64,000 nucleotides of DNA from an uncultured Clostridia bacterium. GTDB taxonomy: Bacteria; Bacillota; Clostridia; Christensenellales; Borkfalkiaceae. The DNA is taken from positions 19,648 to 83,647 of the forward strand of contig CALVHL010000025.1 in assembly GCA_944327625.1 (NCBI GenBank), written 5' to 3'. The notes under the pieces are model-generated. The model was given only the letters and a program-made list of their open reading frames with translations. It had not been told where the DNA came from and did not search any database. Of this stretch, positions 29,458 to 40,704 are shown in pieces; positions within the stretch are counted from its first letter, which is position 1, and each line of letters opens with the position of its first letter. A program made the position numbers and the translations under genes.

Positions 29458-31464
29458 TCAATTCATGACTATGTCTTTGAGCTGTTCGTACCGCCTGAGC
29501 GCAAGTCGGCGCAGTTCGCTTATCTCATACGCGCCCGAGAACGCCTCGTCCGAGATTGCCTTTGCCGTGAAAATTGCCGAGGCGGGGAAGCGCAGGTTTT
29601 TGAGTTCGGTAAGTATTCTGCCGCTCTGCCGCGTGCCCATGAAGTCGCCGCCTCCCCTTATGCGCAGGTCGCTTTCGGCAATGGCGAAGCCGTCAGAGTT
29701 GTCTTTGAGCACCGAAAGCCGCTCCCTCGCCGCGTCCGTGTCGCTGTCGGTGAGCAGAAAGCAATAGCTTTTCAGGCTGCCCCTGCCCACTCTGCCGCGG
29801 AGCTGGTGCAGCTGCGACAGACCGAACCTGTCGGCGTCGCATATCACCATTACCGTCGCGTCGGGCACGTCTATGCCGACCTCGATGACCGTCGTCGACA
29901 CGAGACAGTCGTACTGCTTATCCCTGAACGCCTCCATTACGGCGTTCTTTTCCTTATCCTTCATTCTGCCGTGCAGAAGCGCTATGCGGGCGGTCGGCAT
30001 TGACTTCTGAAGCTCCTCATAGAGCTCGGTCACAGACATTACCGTGCCCTCGTCGTCGCCGTCTATCTTGGGACAGACGAAATACGCCTGCCTGCCCTTC
30101 TTCGCCTCGCCCTCTATCCACGCGAGCATATCGGCGTACTTGTTTCTCGGAATAATCGAGGTCGAAATCTCCTGCCGCGAGCGCGGCTTTTCGCGTATGG
30201 TCGTAATGTCGAGATCGCCGTAGAAGACGAGCGACAGCGTGCGCGGTATGGGCGTAGCGCTCATCACGAGGCAATCGCACCCCTCGCCCTTTTCGGCGAG
30301 CGCCGAACGCTGTGCCACGCCGAACCTCTGCTGTTCGTCGCAGACGACGAGCGAGAGATTTTTAAACTGCACGTCGCCCTGAATGACGGCGTGAGTGCCG
30401 CAGAGAATTGCCGCCGTGCCGTCCTTTATCTCCTTTTTGATGCTGCGCTTTTCGGCGGCGGGCGTAGAGCCGCTTAAATACCGCACCCCGAAATCGGGAA
30501 AGCGCCTTGCAAGCTGTTCGGCGTTCTGCCGCGCGAGCACCTCGGTCGGCGACAGCATTGCCGCCTGATAGCCCGATTTGACCGCCATATATATGGCGGC
30601 GAGCGCGACAGCCGTCTTGCCGCAGCCGACGTCGCCCTGCAAAAGTCTGTTCATGACGCGCGGCGAAGTCAGGTCGGCATATATCTCCCTCACCGCCTGC
30701 TTCTGCCCGTTTGTGAACTCGAACGGAAACGAGGAGACGAAGTCGGCGACCTCCCGCCCCGTCACCGAATATCTGTTGACGCGCGCTATCTCCCTGTCGC
30801 CCTTGACGACCTTGAACGCGCAGACGAGCAGGAAATATTCCTCTATTGCTATGCGCTCGCCCGCGGCGGTTATATCGTCCATACTCTCGGGACAATGTAT
30901 GCGGAAGTACGCGCCTTTGAGGTCGGAGAGGTTGTACTTTTTCTGCAACTGGTAGGGTATTATACTCTCCGTATGCACGTTTTTGAGCGCCTGCCTGACC
31001 GCCGAGCGCACCGCGCCCTGCGTAAGCCCGCCCGACAGCGGATATACGGGCATTATGCCCTGCAGATTATTTAGTTTGTCGGCGCTCTCGAACACGGGGT
31101 TTACCATGCTCGCGCCCATTCCGTAGCGGTTGCTCACCCTGCCGTAGAAGAAATATTCCCCCGCTTTGAGGCGGCCGAGCACGTAGGGCTGATTGAACCA
31201 CACCGCCTCGAAATAGTTATAACCCTGCCTGCACACCGCCTTGACGAAGGGGCGGCGGGCATACTTGACGAGCGTCGCGCTGACGACTTCGCAGGGGACG
31301 AGCACTATTTCGTTGTGCCGCGCCTCGGTTATCGAGCCGACGTTGGTGAGGTCGAGATAGGTCCTCGGGAAAAGGCGCAACAACCCCTCCTGGCTGGTCA
31401 CACCCAGCTTTGCGAACTGCTCCGCCCGCTTGTCGGATATATATTTTAAGTCGGTAAGTTTCAT
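29458..31464 (-). CDS. recG: ATP-dependent DNA helicase RecG
   Basis: Helicase motifs GDVGCGKT and CDEQQRFGV plus an N-terminal wedge domain. I chose the ATG at 31462-31464; the track start is a TTG. Confidence 0.93.
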   Translation of the reverse strand: MKLTDLKYISDKRAEQFAKLGVTSQEGLLRLFPRTYLDLTNVGSITEARHNEIVLVPCEVVSATLVKYARRPFVKAVCRQGYNYFEAVWFNQPYVLGRLKAGEYFFYGRVSNRYGMGASMVNPVFESADKLNNLQGIMPVYPLSGGLTQGAVRSAVRQALKNVHTESIIPYQLQKKYNLSDLKGAYFRIHCPESMDDITAAGERIAIEEYFLLVCAFKVVKGDREIARVNRYSVTGREVADFVSSFPFEFTNGQKQAVREIYADLTSPRVMNRLLQGDVGCGKTAVALAAIYMAVKSGYQAAMLSPTEVLARQNAEQLARRFPDFGVRYLSGSTPAAEKRSIKKEIKDGTAAILCGTHAVIQGDVQFKNLSLVVCDEQQRFGVAQRSALAEKGEGCDCLVMSATPIPRTLSLVFYGDLDITTIREKPRSRQEISTSIIPRNKYADMLAWIEGEAKKGRQAYFVCPKIDGDDEGTVMSVTELYEELQKSMPTARIALLHGRMKDKEKNAVMEAFRDKQYDCLVSTTVIEVGIDVPDATVMVICDADRFGLSQLHQLRGRVGRGSLKSYCFLLTDSDTDAARERLSVLKDNSDGFAIAESDLRIRGGGDFMGTRQSGRILTELKNLRFPASAIFTAKAISDEAFSGAYEISELRRLALRRYEQLKDIVMN

Positions 31465-31550
31465 AGCAATATCCTTAGCCAAATGTCAAAGACTTAGCGC
31501 CGGATGCGGGCTTTCGCTCCCGCCGTTTACTCCAGCCGAAGGGGTGGTCT

Positions 31551-32957
31551 CTACCACTTTACCGGCGTCTTTCCGTCCTCGGCATAATGCCAGAAATTGC
31601 CCGCTTCGGCAGGAGGGTTCTGGCTATAATAGTAGCGCGGCGCGGTCTGTACCGGAATGTTATTCCAAAGGAAGTTTATCCGCCAATCGTCTTCCGTTCC
31701 GCCATAATATACGGCCCTCACAAGCTCGCAGCCGTCGAACGCATATTCCCCCACATCGGTCAGACTTGCGGGAATAATTACGGTTTTAAGCGAGGAACAA
31801 TCATAAAATGCGTATTTGCCTACTTCCTCGACGCCGTCGGGTATCCTGATGTCCGTAATCAAAGAACAATAAGCAAATGCGTATTCGCCTATCCGCGTTA
31901 TTCCGTCGGGCAGCTCTGCCCTTTCGAGCGAATAACAGCCGTTGAATATTCTGTCGCCGATAACGCCGACGCCGGCGGGCAGAATTATTTCCGAAAGCGA
32001 TGAACAACCAGAAAACGCGCTGTTACCTATCTCGGTTACTCTGTCGGGAATGTGCAGATTATCAAGGTTGATGCAACCCGAAAAAGCCCCGACGTCTATC
32101 ACGGTAAGACTTTCGGGAAGTTGTATGCTTTCAAGGCTTTCGGCATTGCTGAAAACATACATATTCAATCGATCCAGTCCCTCGGGCAACTCTGCTCTTT
32201 CGAGCAACGGGCAGTTTGAAAAGGCAGAATTGCCAATATCTGTCACTCCGTCGTGAATAGTTACGCTCGTAAGCGACGAACAGCCGCAAAAAGCGCCGTT
32301 ATTTATCCTCGTTATGCCGTCGGGAATTACGAGGTCGGTTACAAGCTCGTCGTTGAGATAGAGCTTGTAGTCATAGGAAAGCGGAGCGGCAATGCTTACC
32401 TGAAAGTCCAACCTGCACCACGCCTCCAGATCGGAAATATGCACCTCGGAAATGGTCTCACAGTTCTTGAAAGCGTCGCTTCCTACGGTTACAAGCGTAT
32501 CGGGTAATGTAATTTTTTCCAACTTATCACAACCGACAAACCCCTCGGATATAATCTCAGTCACCGCCGCGCCATTATAAGACGACGGAATGACTATTTC
32601 GCTGAGGTATACAGCGCTGCCCGCTCCGACAGCGTAAGTACCGCCCGCCAACGGATAGTATTCCAGACCTTCCGTGCCGACATTCTGAGCCTTATTCTTC
32701 ACCCAGACAAGGAAATCGTCAAAACTGCCTGTATTTCCCGCTCCCAGCCAGATCTCGTATGCCTCCTCATCGCCACGCCCGTCCTTTAACCAAGCAAAGA
32801 AATCCTCCTCTGTACCCGTATGCCCCGCTTCCAGCCAGATATCGTATGCGGAGGAGCCCGCCACGCCGTTATCCGCACAAGCCGCCAATGAAAACGCCGC
32901 AGAAGCGGAAGCGCCAATCGCAACCGATAAAAGTACTTTTAATGCAATCTTTTTCAT
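31551..32957 (-). CDS. BspA-type leucine-rich-repeat surface lipoprotein
   Basis: Lipobox SLAAC. Two N-terminal Y(D/E)IWL.AG.TG...DF..W(L/V)K repeats. These are followed by about 12 LRR units of about 23 aa (I.IP..V..IG..AF..C..L..V). Confidence 0.8.
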   Translation of the reverse strand: MKKIALKVLLSVAIGASASAAFSLAACADNGVAGSSAYDIWLEAGHTGTEEDFFAWLKDGRGDEEAYEIWLGAGNTGSFDDFLVWVKNKAQNVGTEGLEYYPLAGGTYAVGAGSAVYLSEIVIPSSYNGAAVTEIISEGFVGCDKLEKITLPDTLVTVGSDAFKNCETISEVHISDLEAWCRLDFQVSIAAPLSYDYKLYLNDELVTDLVIPDGITRINNGAFCGCSSLTSVTIHDGVTDIGNSAFSNCPLLERAELPEGLDRLNMYVFSNAESLESIQLPESLTVIDVGAFSGCINLDNLHIPDRVTEIGNSAFSGCSSLSEIILPAGVGVIGDRIFNGCYSLERAELPDGITRIGEYAFAYCSLITDIRIPDGVEEVGKYAFYDCSSLKTVIIPASLTDVGEYAFDGCELVRAVYYGGTEDDWRINFLWNNIPVQTAPRYYYSQNPPAEAGNFWHYAEDGKTPVKW

Positions 32958-33090
32958 TTCCTCCCCCCCCCGTTAAATTTTAATTTTGCTTAAAAACGTT
33001 CAGGCGGCAAGACGCCTCAATGTTATCCGACGATAAGTCAGAAACCGCACTAAGTTTAAGCAAGCAGAAAACTGTAGCCTTTAAAACTAA

Positions 33091-33119
33091 GGGGAAGCCG
33101 CTCTGTCTTCGGCTTCCCC
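33091..33119 (-). terminator. terminator of yloV
   Basis: The minus strand reads ggggaagccg-aagacagag-cggcttcccc followed by ttagtttt. Confidence 0.6.
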
Positions 33120-33144
33120 TGTATGTCGTAATCTTATCTGCCCG

Positions 33145-34794
33145 TCATTCGAGAGATACCATATAATAATATACGGGCTGGCCGCCGTAATGGTAGTCTA
33201 CGTCGCAGTCGGGGAACGCCTCCTGCACCTTTTGGGCGAGAGCTTCCGCCGCGCTCTCCTCAATGCCCGCGCCGTAGTAGAGCGTGATCATCTCGTGCTC
33301 GCTGTTCTTCATTCTCTTGATGAGGTCGAGCGTGGTCTGGTCGATGTCGTCGCCCTTGGCGAGTATTTTCTTGGCGTCGAGACCTATTATGTCGCCCTCT
33401 TTGAGCGTAAAGCCGTTCATCGTCGTGTTGCGGACGGCATAAGTTACCTGACCTGCCGCGACGTTGTCGATTGCGTGCGTCATATTGGTCTTATTTTCGG
33501 GCACGCTGACCTCGGGGTTGAACACGAGCGCCGCCGCGAAGCCCTGGGGTACGTTCTTGGTGGGAATGACGTGAATGGTGCGGTTATTTACAAGCCCCTT
33601 TGCCTGCTCTGCCGCGAGAATTATGTTAGAGTTGTTGGGGAAGACGAAGACGTTTGAAGCATTTATCTTCTGCACCGCCTCGGCAATGTCCTGCGCCGAA
33701 GGGTTCATCGTCTGACCGCCCTCTATTACCCTGTCGACCATGAGGTCCTTGAATATCTCTGCAAGCCCTTCGCCCGCGCAGATTGCGAGCATGCCCATCT
33801 CCTTCTTCTCGGCTTCGAGCTTCTTTTTGAGCTGACGGTTTTCTTCGAGCATGTTCTCGATTTTGAGCCTGTCGAGTTCGCCGAGTTCGAGAGCGTAGGT
33901 GAGCGCCACGCCGGGCGTATTGGTATGGACGTGGACCTTGATGAAGTCGAGGTCGCCTATGCAGATTACGCTGTCGCCTATGCCCATGAGCTTTTCTTTG
34001 AGCTTATCTATGTCGGCAAGCGTCGTCTGCTGCTTTAAGTTGATTACGAAAAATTCGGTACAATATGCGAACTCTATATCGCCGAGGTCGAGATTTATTA
34101 TGTCCGAATTATCGTCGAAGTCGGGTTCTTTGGCGTTTTCCTGCGCCTCGGTGGGGATGCTGTCGGTGCCGATATCCTCACCCGTGAGCGCAGCGAGGAA
34201 GCCGCGCATTATGGTCATTAAGCCCACGCCGCCGCTGTCGACAACGCCTGCCTTTTTGAGGACGGGCAGAAGTTCGGGCGTCTGAGCGAGCGCGTCGTCG
34301 CCGACGGCTATGACTGCTTTCAGAAACTCGGTAAAGTCCTTATTCTTGGAGGCGAGCTTGGGCGCAGCCTCGCTCATCATTCTGATGACGGTTAAGATTG
34401 TGCCTTCTTTGGGAATGGATACGGCGGAATAGGCAACTTTCGTGCCCGCCTCCATCGCCTTTGCGAAGGTCTTTGTGTCAAAACTTTCGTTACAATTTTT
34501 AAGAACGGAGCAGATGCCCCTGAATATCTGCGAAGATATAACGCCGGAGTTGCCTCTCGCGCCCCTTAAAGCGCCCTTGGAGACCGCGTCGCATATCTCC
34601 TGGAAGCGGTTGGACGAGCAGGCGTTCATCTCCCTTATCGCCGACTGCATGGTAAGCGACATATTCGTACCCGTATCGCCGTCGGGTACGGGGAAGACGT
34701 TGAGGGCGTCGACTTTTGCCCTGTTTAATTCAAGCATCCTTGCACCGGAAGCTACCATTTTACGGAATTCGGTGCTGTTGACGGTTTTCTGCAT
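33145..34794 (-). CDS. yloV: DAK2 domain fusion protein YloV
   Basis: DAK2 motif PDGDTGTNMSLTM. About 550 aa. Conserved position after asp23. The ATG at 34792-34794 follows AAGGAG. Confidence 0.88.
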   Translation of the reverse strand: MQKTVNSTEFRKMVASGARMLELNRAKVDALNVFPVPDGDTGTNMSLTMQSAIREMNACSSNRFQEICDAVSKGALRGARGNSGVISSQIFRGICSVLKNCNESFDTKTFAKAMEAGTKVAYSAVSIPKEGTILTVIRMMSEAAPKLASKNKDFTEFLKAVIAVGDDALAQTPELLPVLKKAGVVDSGGVGLMTIMRGFLAALTGEDIGTDSIPTEAQENAKEPDFDDNSDIINLDLGDIEFAYCTEFFVINLKQQTTLADIDKLKEKLMGIGDSVICIGDLDFIKVHVHTNTPGVALTYALELGELDRLKIENMLEENRQLKKKLEAEKKEMGMLAICAGEGLAEIFKDLMVDRVIEGGQTMNPSAQDIAEAVQKINASNVFVFPNNSNIILAAEQAKGLVNNRTIHVIPTKNVPQGFAAALVFNPEVSVPENKTNMTHAIDNVAAGQVTYAVRNTTMNGFTLKEGDIIGLDAKKILAKGDDIDQTTLDLIKRMKNSEHEMITLYYGAGIEESAAEALAQKVQEAFPDCDVDYHYGGQPVYYYMVSLE

Positions 34795-34868
34795 TGTTTC
34801 TCCTTGATAAAATTGCGGCACATACCTCTCTCATTCCCGCCGCACGCAAAAGGGGATTAAACGTAATT

Positions 34869-35219
34869 TTAAAGTTTAACCCCGATTATATTGACGTTTA
34901 CGGTATCGACAATCATACCCGCAAACTTTTCAACCTTATATTTAATTCCTTCTTTAAGACTTTCGGCAACGGCATTTATGGATACGCCGTATTTGATTAT
35001 GACGTAGACGTCGATGAAAATTCTGTCGCCGTTAGTCACGACCTTTACGCCCTTGCCGCCCGCAGGTTTTTTCAGAAGTTCGCACAGCGAGTCTGTAAAC
35101 TTGCGCGACACGGTATCGACGATGCCGTAACATTCCAGCGCGGCGTTTGCCGCAACCTTGGCTATGGCAAGGTCGGAAATTGAAATTTTTCCGTATACAT
35201 TGCTCGTATTAACTGACAT
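34869..35219 (-). CDS. Asp23/Gls24 family envelope stress protein
   Basis: 116 aa with ...ISDLAIAKVAANAALECYGIV... It is paired with yloV and divergent from rpmB, the conserved Firmicutes arrangement. Confidence 0.85.
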   Translation of the reverse strand: MSVNTSNVYGKISISDLAIAKVAANAALECYGIVDTVSRKFTDSLCELLKKPAGGKGVKVVTNGDRIFIDVYVIIKYGVSINAVAESLKEGIKYKVEKFAGMIVDTVNVNIIGVKL

Positions 35220-35489
35220 GACGAGTTTCCTTTGAAGTAATTTTTATCACTCCCACAATTCAATTTTAAACTTTTTTTTTATAATTTGCAAGTACTTTGC
35301 TCAAATTGTATACTATTTTATTACACTTTTATAAATAAATTTGCCTTCAAGCCAAAAAAATTGCTTTTAAGCACCCGTTTTTGATTGATTTTTTTATCCG
35401 TCCGTGATATATTGTATTAGCTGTTTTAGTAAACGGCTTTATTTTTAACCTTAAATTTGCAAAATAACCTTAGCGGGAGGAAGAATAAT

Positions 35490-35675
35490 ATGTCCAGAGT
35501 ATGCAGCGTTTGCGGTAAGGGCCAGGCGTCGGGTAACAACGTCAGCCACTCCAAGAGAAGAACGAGAAGAACTTTCAAGGCGAATGTTCAGAAGGTTTCT
35601 TACGTCAACGCAGAGGGCAAGGTCGTAAACGATTACGTATGCACGAGATGCCTCAAAACCGTTGAAAGAGCATAA
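35490..35675 (+). CDS. rpmB: 50S ribosomal protein L28
   Basis: MSRVCSVCGKGQASGNNVSHSKRRTRRTFKANVQ... The ATG follows GGAGG. Confidence 0.95.
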   Translation: MSRVCSVCGKGQASGNNVSHSKRRTRRTFKANVQKVSYVNAEGKVVNDYVCTRCLKTVERA

Positions 35676-35691
35676 GTTTTAAAAGAGAGCG

Positions 35692-35726
35692 AAATGAGTT
35701 CGGTTGCCGGACTCATTTTTTATTTT
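35692..35726 (+). terminator. rho-independent terminator of rpmB
   Basis: The stem-loop is aaatgagt-tcggttgccgg-actcattt, followed by tttatttt. Confidence 0.75.
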
Positions 35727-35880
35727 GCGCCGCCCCCCATTCGGGCAACCTCGGACGAGCAGGCGCAACGGACGGGCGGCTTCGGGCAGAACGGCGCGGA
35801 CGGGCAAGCGCGGAGCGGAATAAAGCGCGGCGGGCGCACTTATAGACATAATTATATATAATAGAATAAGGAATAAGCAA

Positions 35881-35922
35881 AGCGCCCCGCGCGGCAATAA
35901 ATGCCGCGCGGGGCGCTTTTTA
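35881..35922. terminator. GC-rich hairpin after atpC
   Basis: The stem-loop is agcgccccgcgcggca-ataa-atgccgcgcggggcgct. The T-run is on the + side; the minus side has only a weak run. Confidence 0.55.
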
Positions 35923-35932
35923 CATTGAAACA

Positions 35933-36361
35933 TTACTTGATTGTATGCCCGCCTTTGAGATAGCTGCGGCGGATTTTAAGCTTGCTGACCGCCCTTGCGA
36001 GCTGCGCCTGCGCGGAGAAATACTGCTGTCTGGACAGCTTTTGAAGCATTGCCTCCTTTGCGTCCTCGGCTACGCGCTTAGCCCACTCCTCATCGATTTC
36101 CTCGGGACGGAGCACCGAGTCGGCGAGAATGAGCACGTCGTTATTCTCAATCTTCATTATACCCGCGGAGATTGCCGCGACCTGCGGCTCCTGCCCCGCC
36201 GCGCGGAAGCTGAGTTTGCCGGGGACTATCGCCGTTATCGCGTTGCTGTGCCCCGCCATTACGCCGTACTGACCGTCGACGGCGGGTATGGTAAGGCTTT
36301 CGCACTCGCCCTCGAAAAATATCCTCGTCGCGCTGAAAATGTGCGCAGTGAAAGTACGCAT
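35933..36361 (-). CDS. atpC: F-type ATP synthase subunit epsilon
   Basis: 142 aa, last gene of the atp operon, with epsilon-like N-terminal beta-sandwich sequence. Confidence 0.85.
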   Translation of the reverse strand: MRTFTAHIFSATRIFFEGECESLTIPAVDGQYGVMAGHSNAITAIVPGKLSFRAAGQEPQVAAISAGIMKIENNDVLILADSVLRPEEIDEEWAKRVAEDAKEAMLQKLSRQQYFSAQAQLARAVSKLKIRRSYLKGGHTIK

Positions 36362-36364
36362 CTT

Positions 36365-38661
<2,297 letters not shown>

Positions 38662-38673
38662 ATCTTCCGCCCT

Positions 38674-40704
38674 TTAATGCGCCGAACGCGCATAGTCCTC
38701 GGCAAACCCTCGCGCGCAGTCGATTATCTTCTGCCGAAGTTCGGCGGTTATCGCCCTGCCCGTCTTTATCTCCTCGCAGATTTCGGGCTGGTTCTGGTCG
38801 AAATAGTCTATGAGGCGGTTCTTGAAGTCGGGCATATAGTCGTAATGCACGCTCGTCAGCGCGTGGCCGAGCGCCGCGACGAGCACTATTACCTGACTGT
38901 GCATGGGTATGGGGCTGTACTGCGGCTGACGGAGGAGCATCATCAGGCTCTTGCCGTAGGAGAGCAGGTTCTTGGTCGCGTCGTCGAGGTCGGAGGAGAA
39001 CTGCATGAACACCTCCATTTCCCTGTACTGCGCGAGGTCGAGCCTTATCGCGCCCGCCGCCGACTTCATCGCCTTGGTCTGCGCGTCGCCGCCGACACGC
39101 GACACGGATATGCCGACGTTTACCGCGGGGCGCTGTCCCGAGAAGAATAGATCGCCCGCAAGGAAAATCTGTCCGTCGGTTATGGAAATTATGTTGGTAG
39201 GGATATATGCCGAGATGTCGCCCGCCTGCGTTTCGACGATGGGGAGCGCGGTCATGCTGCCGCCGCCCTTTTCGTCCGAGAGGTGCGCGGCACGCTCCAA
39301 CAGCCTCGAATGCAGATAGAATACGTCGCCGGGGTACGCCTCTCTGCCGGGCGAACGCCCCAAGAGCAGGCTGAGCGCACGGTATGCCACGGCGTGCTTT
39401 GAGAGGTCGTCGTAGACTATGAGCACGTCCTTGCCCTGCTGCATGAAGTATTCTGCCATTGCACAGCCCGAATAGGGCGCGATATACTGCATTGCCGCGC
39501 CGTCGCCCGCGAACGAGCAGACGAGCACGGTATAGTCCATTGCACCCTTCTTTTTGAGCGCTTCCCTAAGTCTTGCGACCGAGCTGGACTTCTGCCCGAT
39601 TGCGACATATATGCAGATTACGTCCTTGCCCTTCTGGTTGAGTATGGTATCGATAGCGACGGCGGTCTTGCCCGTCTGTCTGTCGCCTATTATGAGTTCT
39701 CGCTGACCTCTGCCTATGGGGAACATTGCGTCGATTGCGAGTATGCCCGTCTCCAAGGGGCGATTGACGGGCTGTCTGTCGATTATGCCCGGCGCAGCCG
39801 CCTCAATGGGCATATACCTCTCTGCCTTAATGGGTGCGCCGCCGTCTATGGGCGAGCCGAGGGCGTCCACCGCCCTGCCTATCAGTCCGTCGCCCGCGGG
39901 TACGCCCGCCGTCTTGCCCGTGCGGTAGACCGCGCTGCCTTCCTCTATGTCGCGCTCGTCGCCGAACAGCATTACGCCGACGTCGCCGTCAGAAAGCTCC
40001 TGCACCATGCCCTTTACGCCGCATTCAAAGGCGACTATTTCGCCGTATCTGACGAGGTCGAGCCCGCTCACCCTCGCGATGGAGTCGCCGACGGAGATAA
40101 CCCTGCCCGCCTCGCTCGCGCCGAGCGACATCTGCCATTCGGCAATAGCCGACTTTATGCCCTCTACGCTGTCTTTGAGGAGGGGAATTACGCCCGACGA
40201 CATATTGTCGCGTATGTCCTGCTTCAATCGGTTGAGCCTGCCCTGCGCCGTCCAGTCGTAGACGTTGTCGCCGTATTCGAGGCGGAAGCCGCCGACCACC
40301 GATTGGTCTATGACTATTTCAATCTCGGGGCGGACGCCGTATGTGCGCTGCAAGAAGTCGCGCATGCCCTCCCTCTGCGCCGCGTCGGGGGGATTTACGC
40401 AGTAGAGCTTTGCCGAGGGCGCAGCCTGAGGAGCGCAAGCCGTCTGCCCTTCGGGCGCGGCCTTTCTTATGCTCTCCTTTATGCTCTCAACCTTGCCGCG
40501 GGCGGAATAGTCGAACACCTTTCCGCCGTATTCGAGGCGGAAGCCGCCGCCGACCGATTTATCTATGATTATCTCTATTTCGGGGCGTTCGCCGAAAGTG
40601 CGTTGAAGGAAATCGCGTATTCCCGCCGTCTGCTTCTCGTCGGGCGGGGTTATGCAAAAGAGTTTGGCGCGTTCAGCCGCGCCGACCTTTTTCTTTTCAG
40701 CCAT
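38674..40704 (-). CDS. atpA: F-type ATP synthase subunit alpha with an in-frame N-terminal extension of about 170 aa made of two delta(OSCP) C-terminal-domain-like repeats
   Basis: The alpha core carries GDRQTGKT. The N-terminus has two copies of AKL(F/Y)C..PPD....G(I/M)RDFLQRT(F/Y)G.RPEIE(I/V).ID.SV.GGFRLEYG..V(F/Y)D. No stop codon separates them from alpha. The ATG at 40702-40704 overlaps the atpF end. Confidence 0.85.
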   Translation of the reverse strand: MAEKKKVGAAERAKLFCITPPDEKQTAGIRDFLQRTFGERPEIEIIIDKSVGGGFRLEYGGKVFDYSARGKVESIKESIRKAAPEGQTACAPQAAPSAKLYCVNPPDAAQREGMRDFLQRTYGVRPEIEIVIDQSVVGGFRLEYGDNVYDWTAQGRLNRLKQDIRDNMSSGVIPLLKDSVEGIKSAIAEWQMSLGASEAGRVISVGDSIARVSGLDLVRYGEIVAFECGVKGMVQELSDGDVGVMLFGDERDIEEGSAVYRTGKTAGVPAGDGLIGRAVDALGSPIDGGAPIKAERYMPIEAAAPGIIDRQPVNRPLETGILAIDAMFPIGRGQRELIIGDRQTGKTAVAIDTILNQKGKDVICIYVAIGQKSSSVARLREALKKKGAMDYTVLVCSFAGDGAAMQYIAPYSGCAMAEYFMQQGKDVLIVYDDLSKHAVAYRALSLLLGRSPGREAYPGDVFYLHSRLLERAAHLSDEKGGGSMTALPIVETQAGDISAYIPTNIISITDGQIFLAGDLFFSGQRPAVNVGISVSRVGGDAQTKAMKSAAGAIRLDLAQYREMEVFMQFSSDLDDATKNLLSYGKSLMMLLRQPQYSPIPMHSQVIVLVAALGHALTSVHYDYMPDFKNRLIDYFDQNQPEICEEIKTGRAITAELRQKIIDCARGFAEDYARSAH

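Noticed and set aside
35679-35933. 84-aa minus-strand ORF between rpmB and atpC.
   Set aside because: It covers two terminator hairpins, has no RBS and has Arg/Pro/Leu-rich composition.
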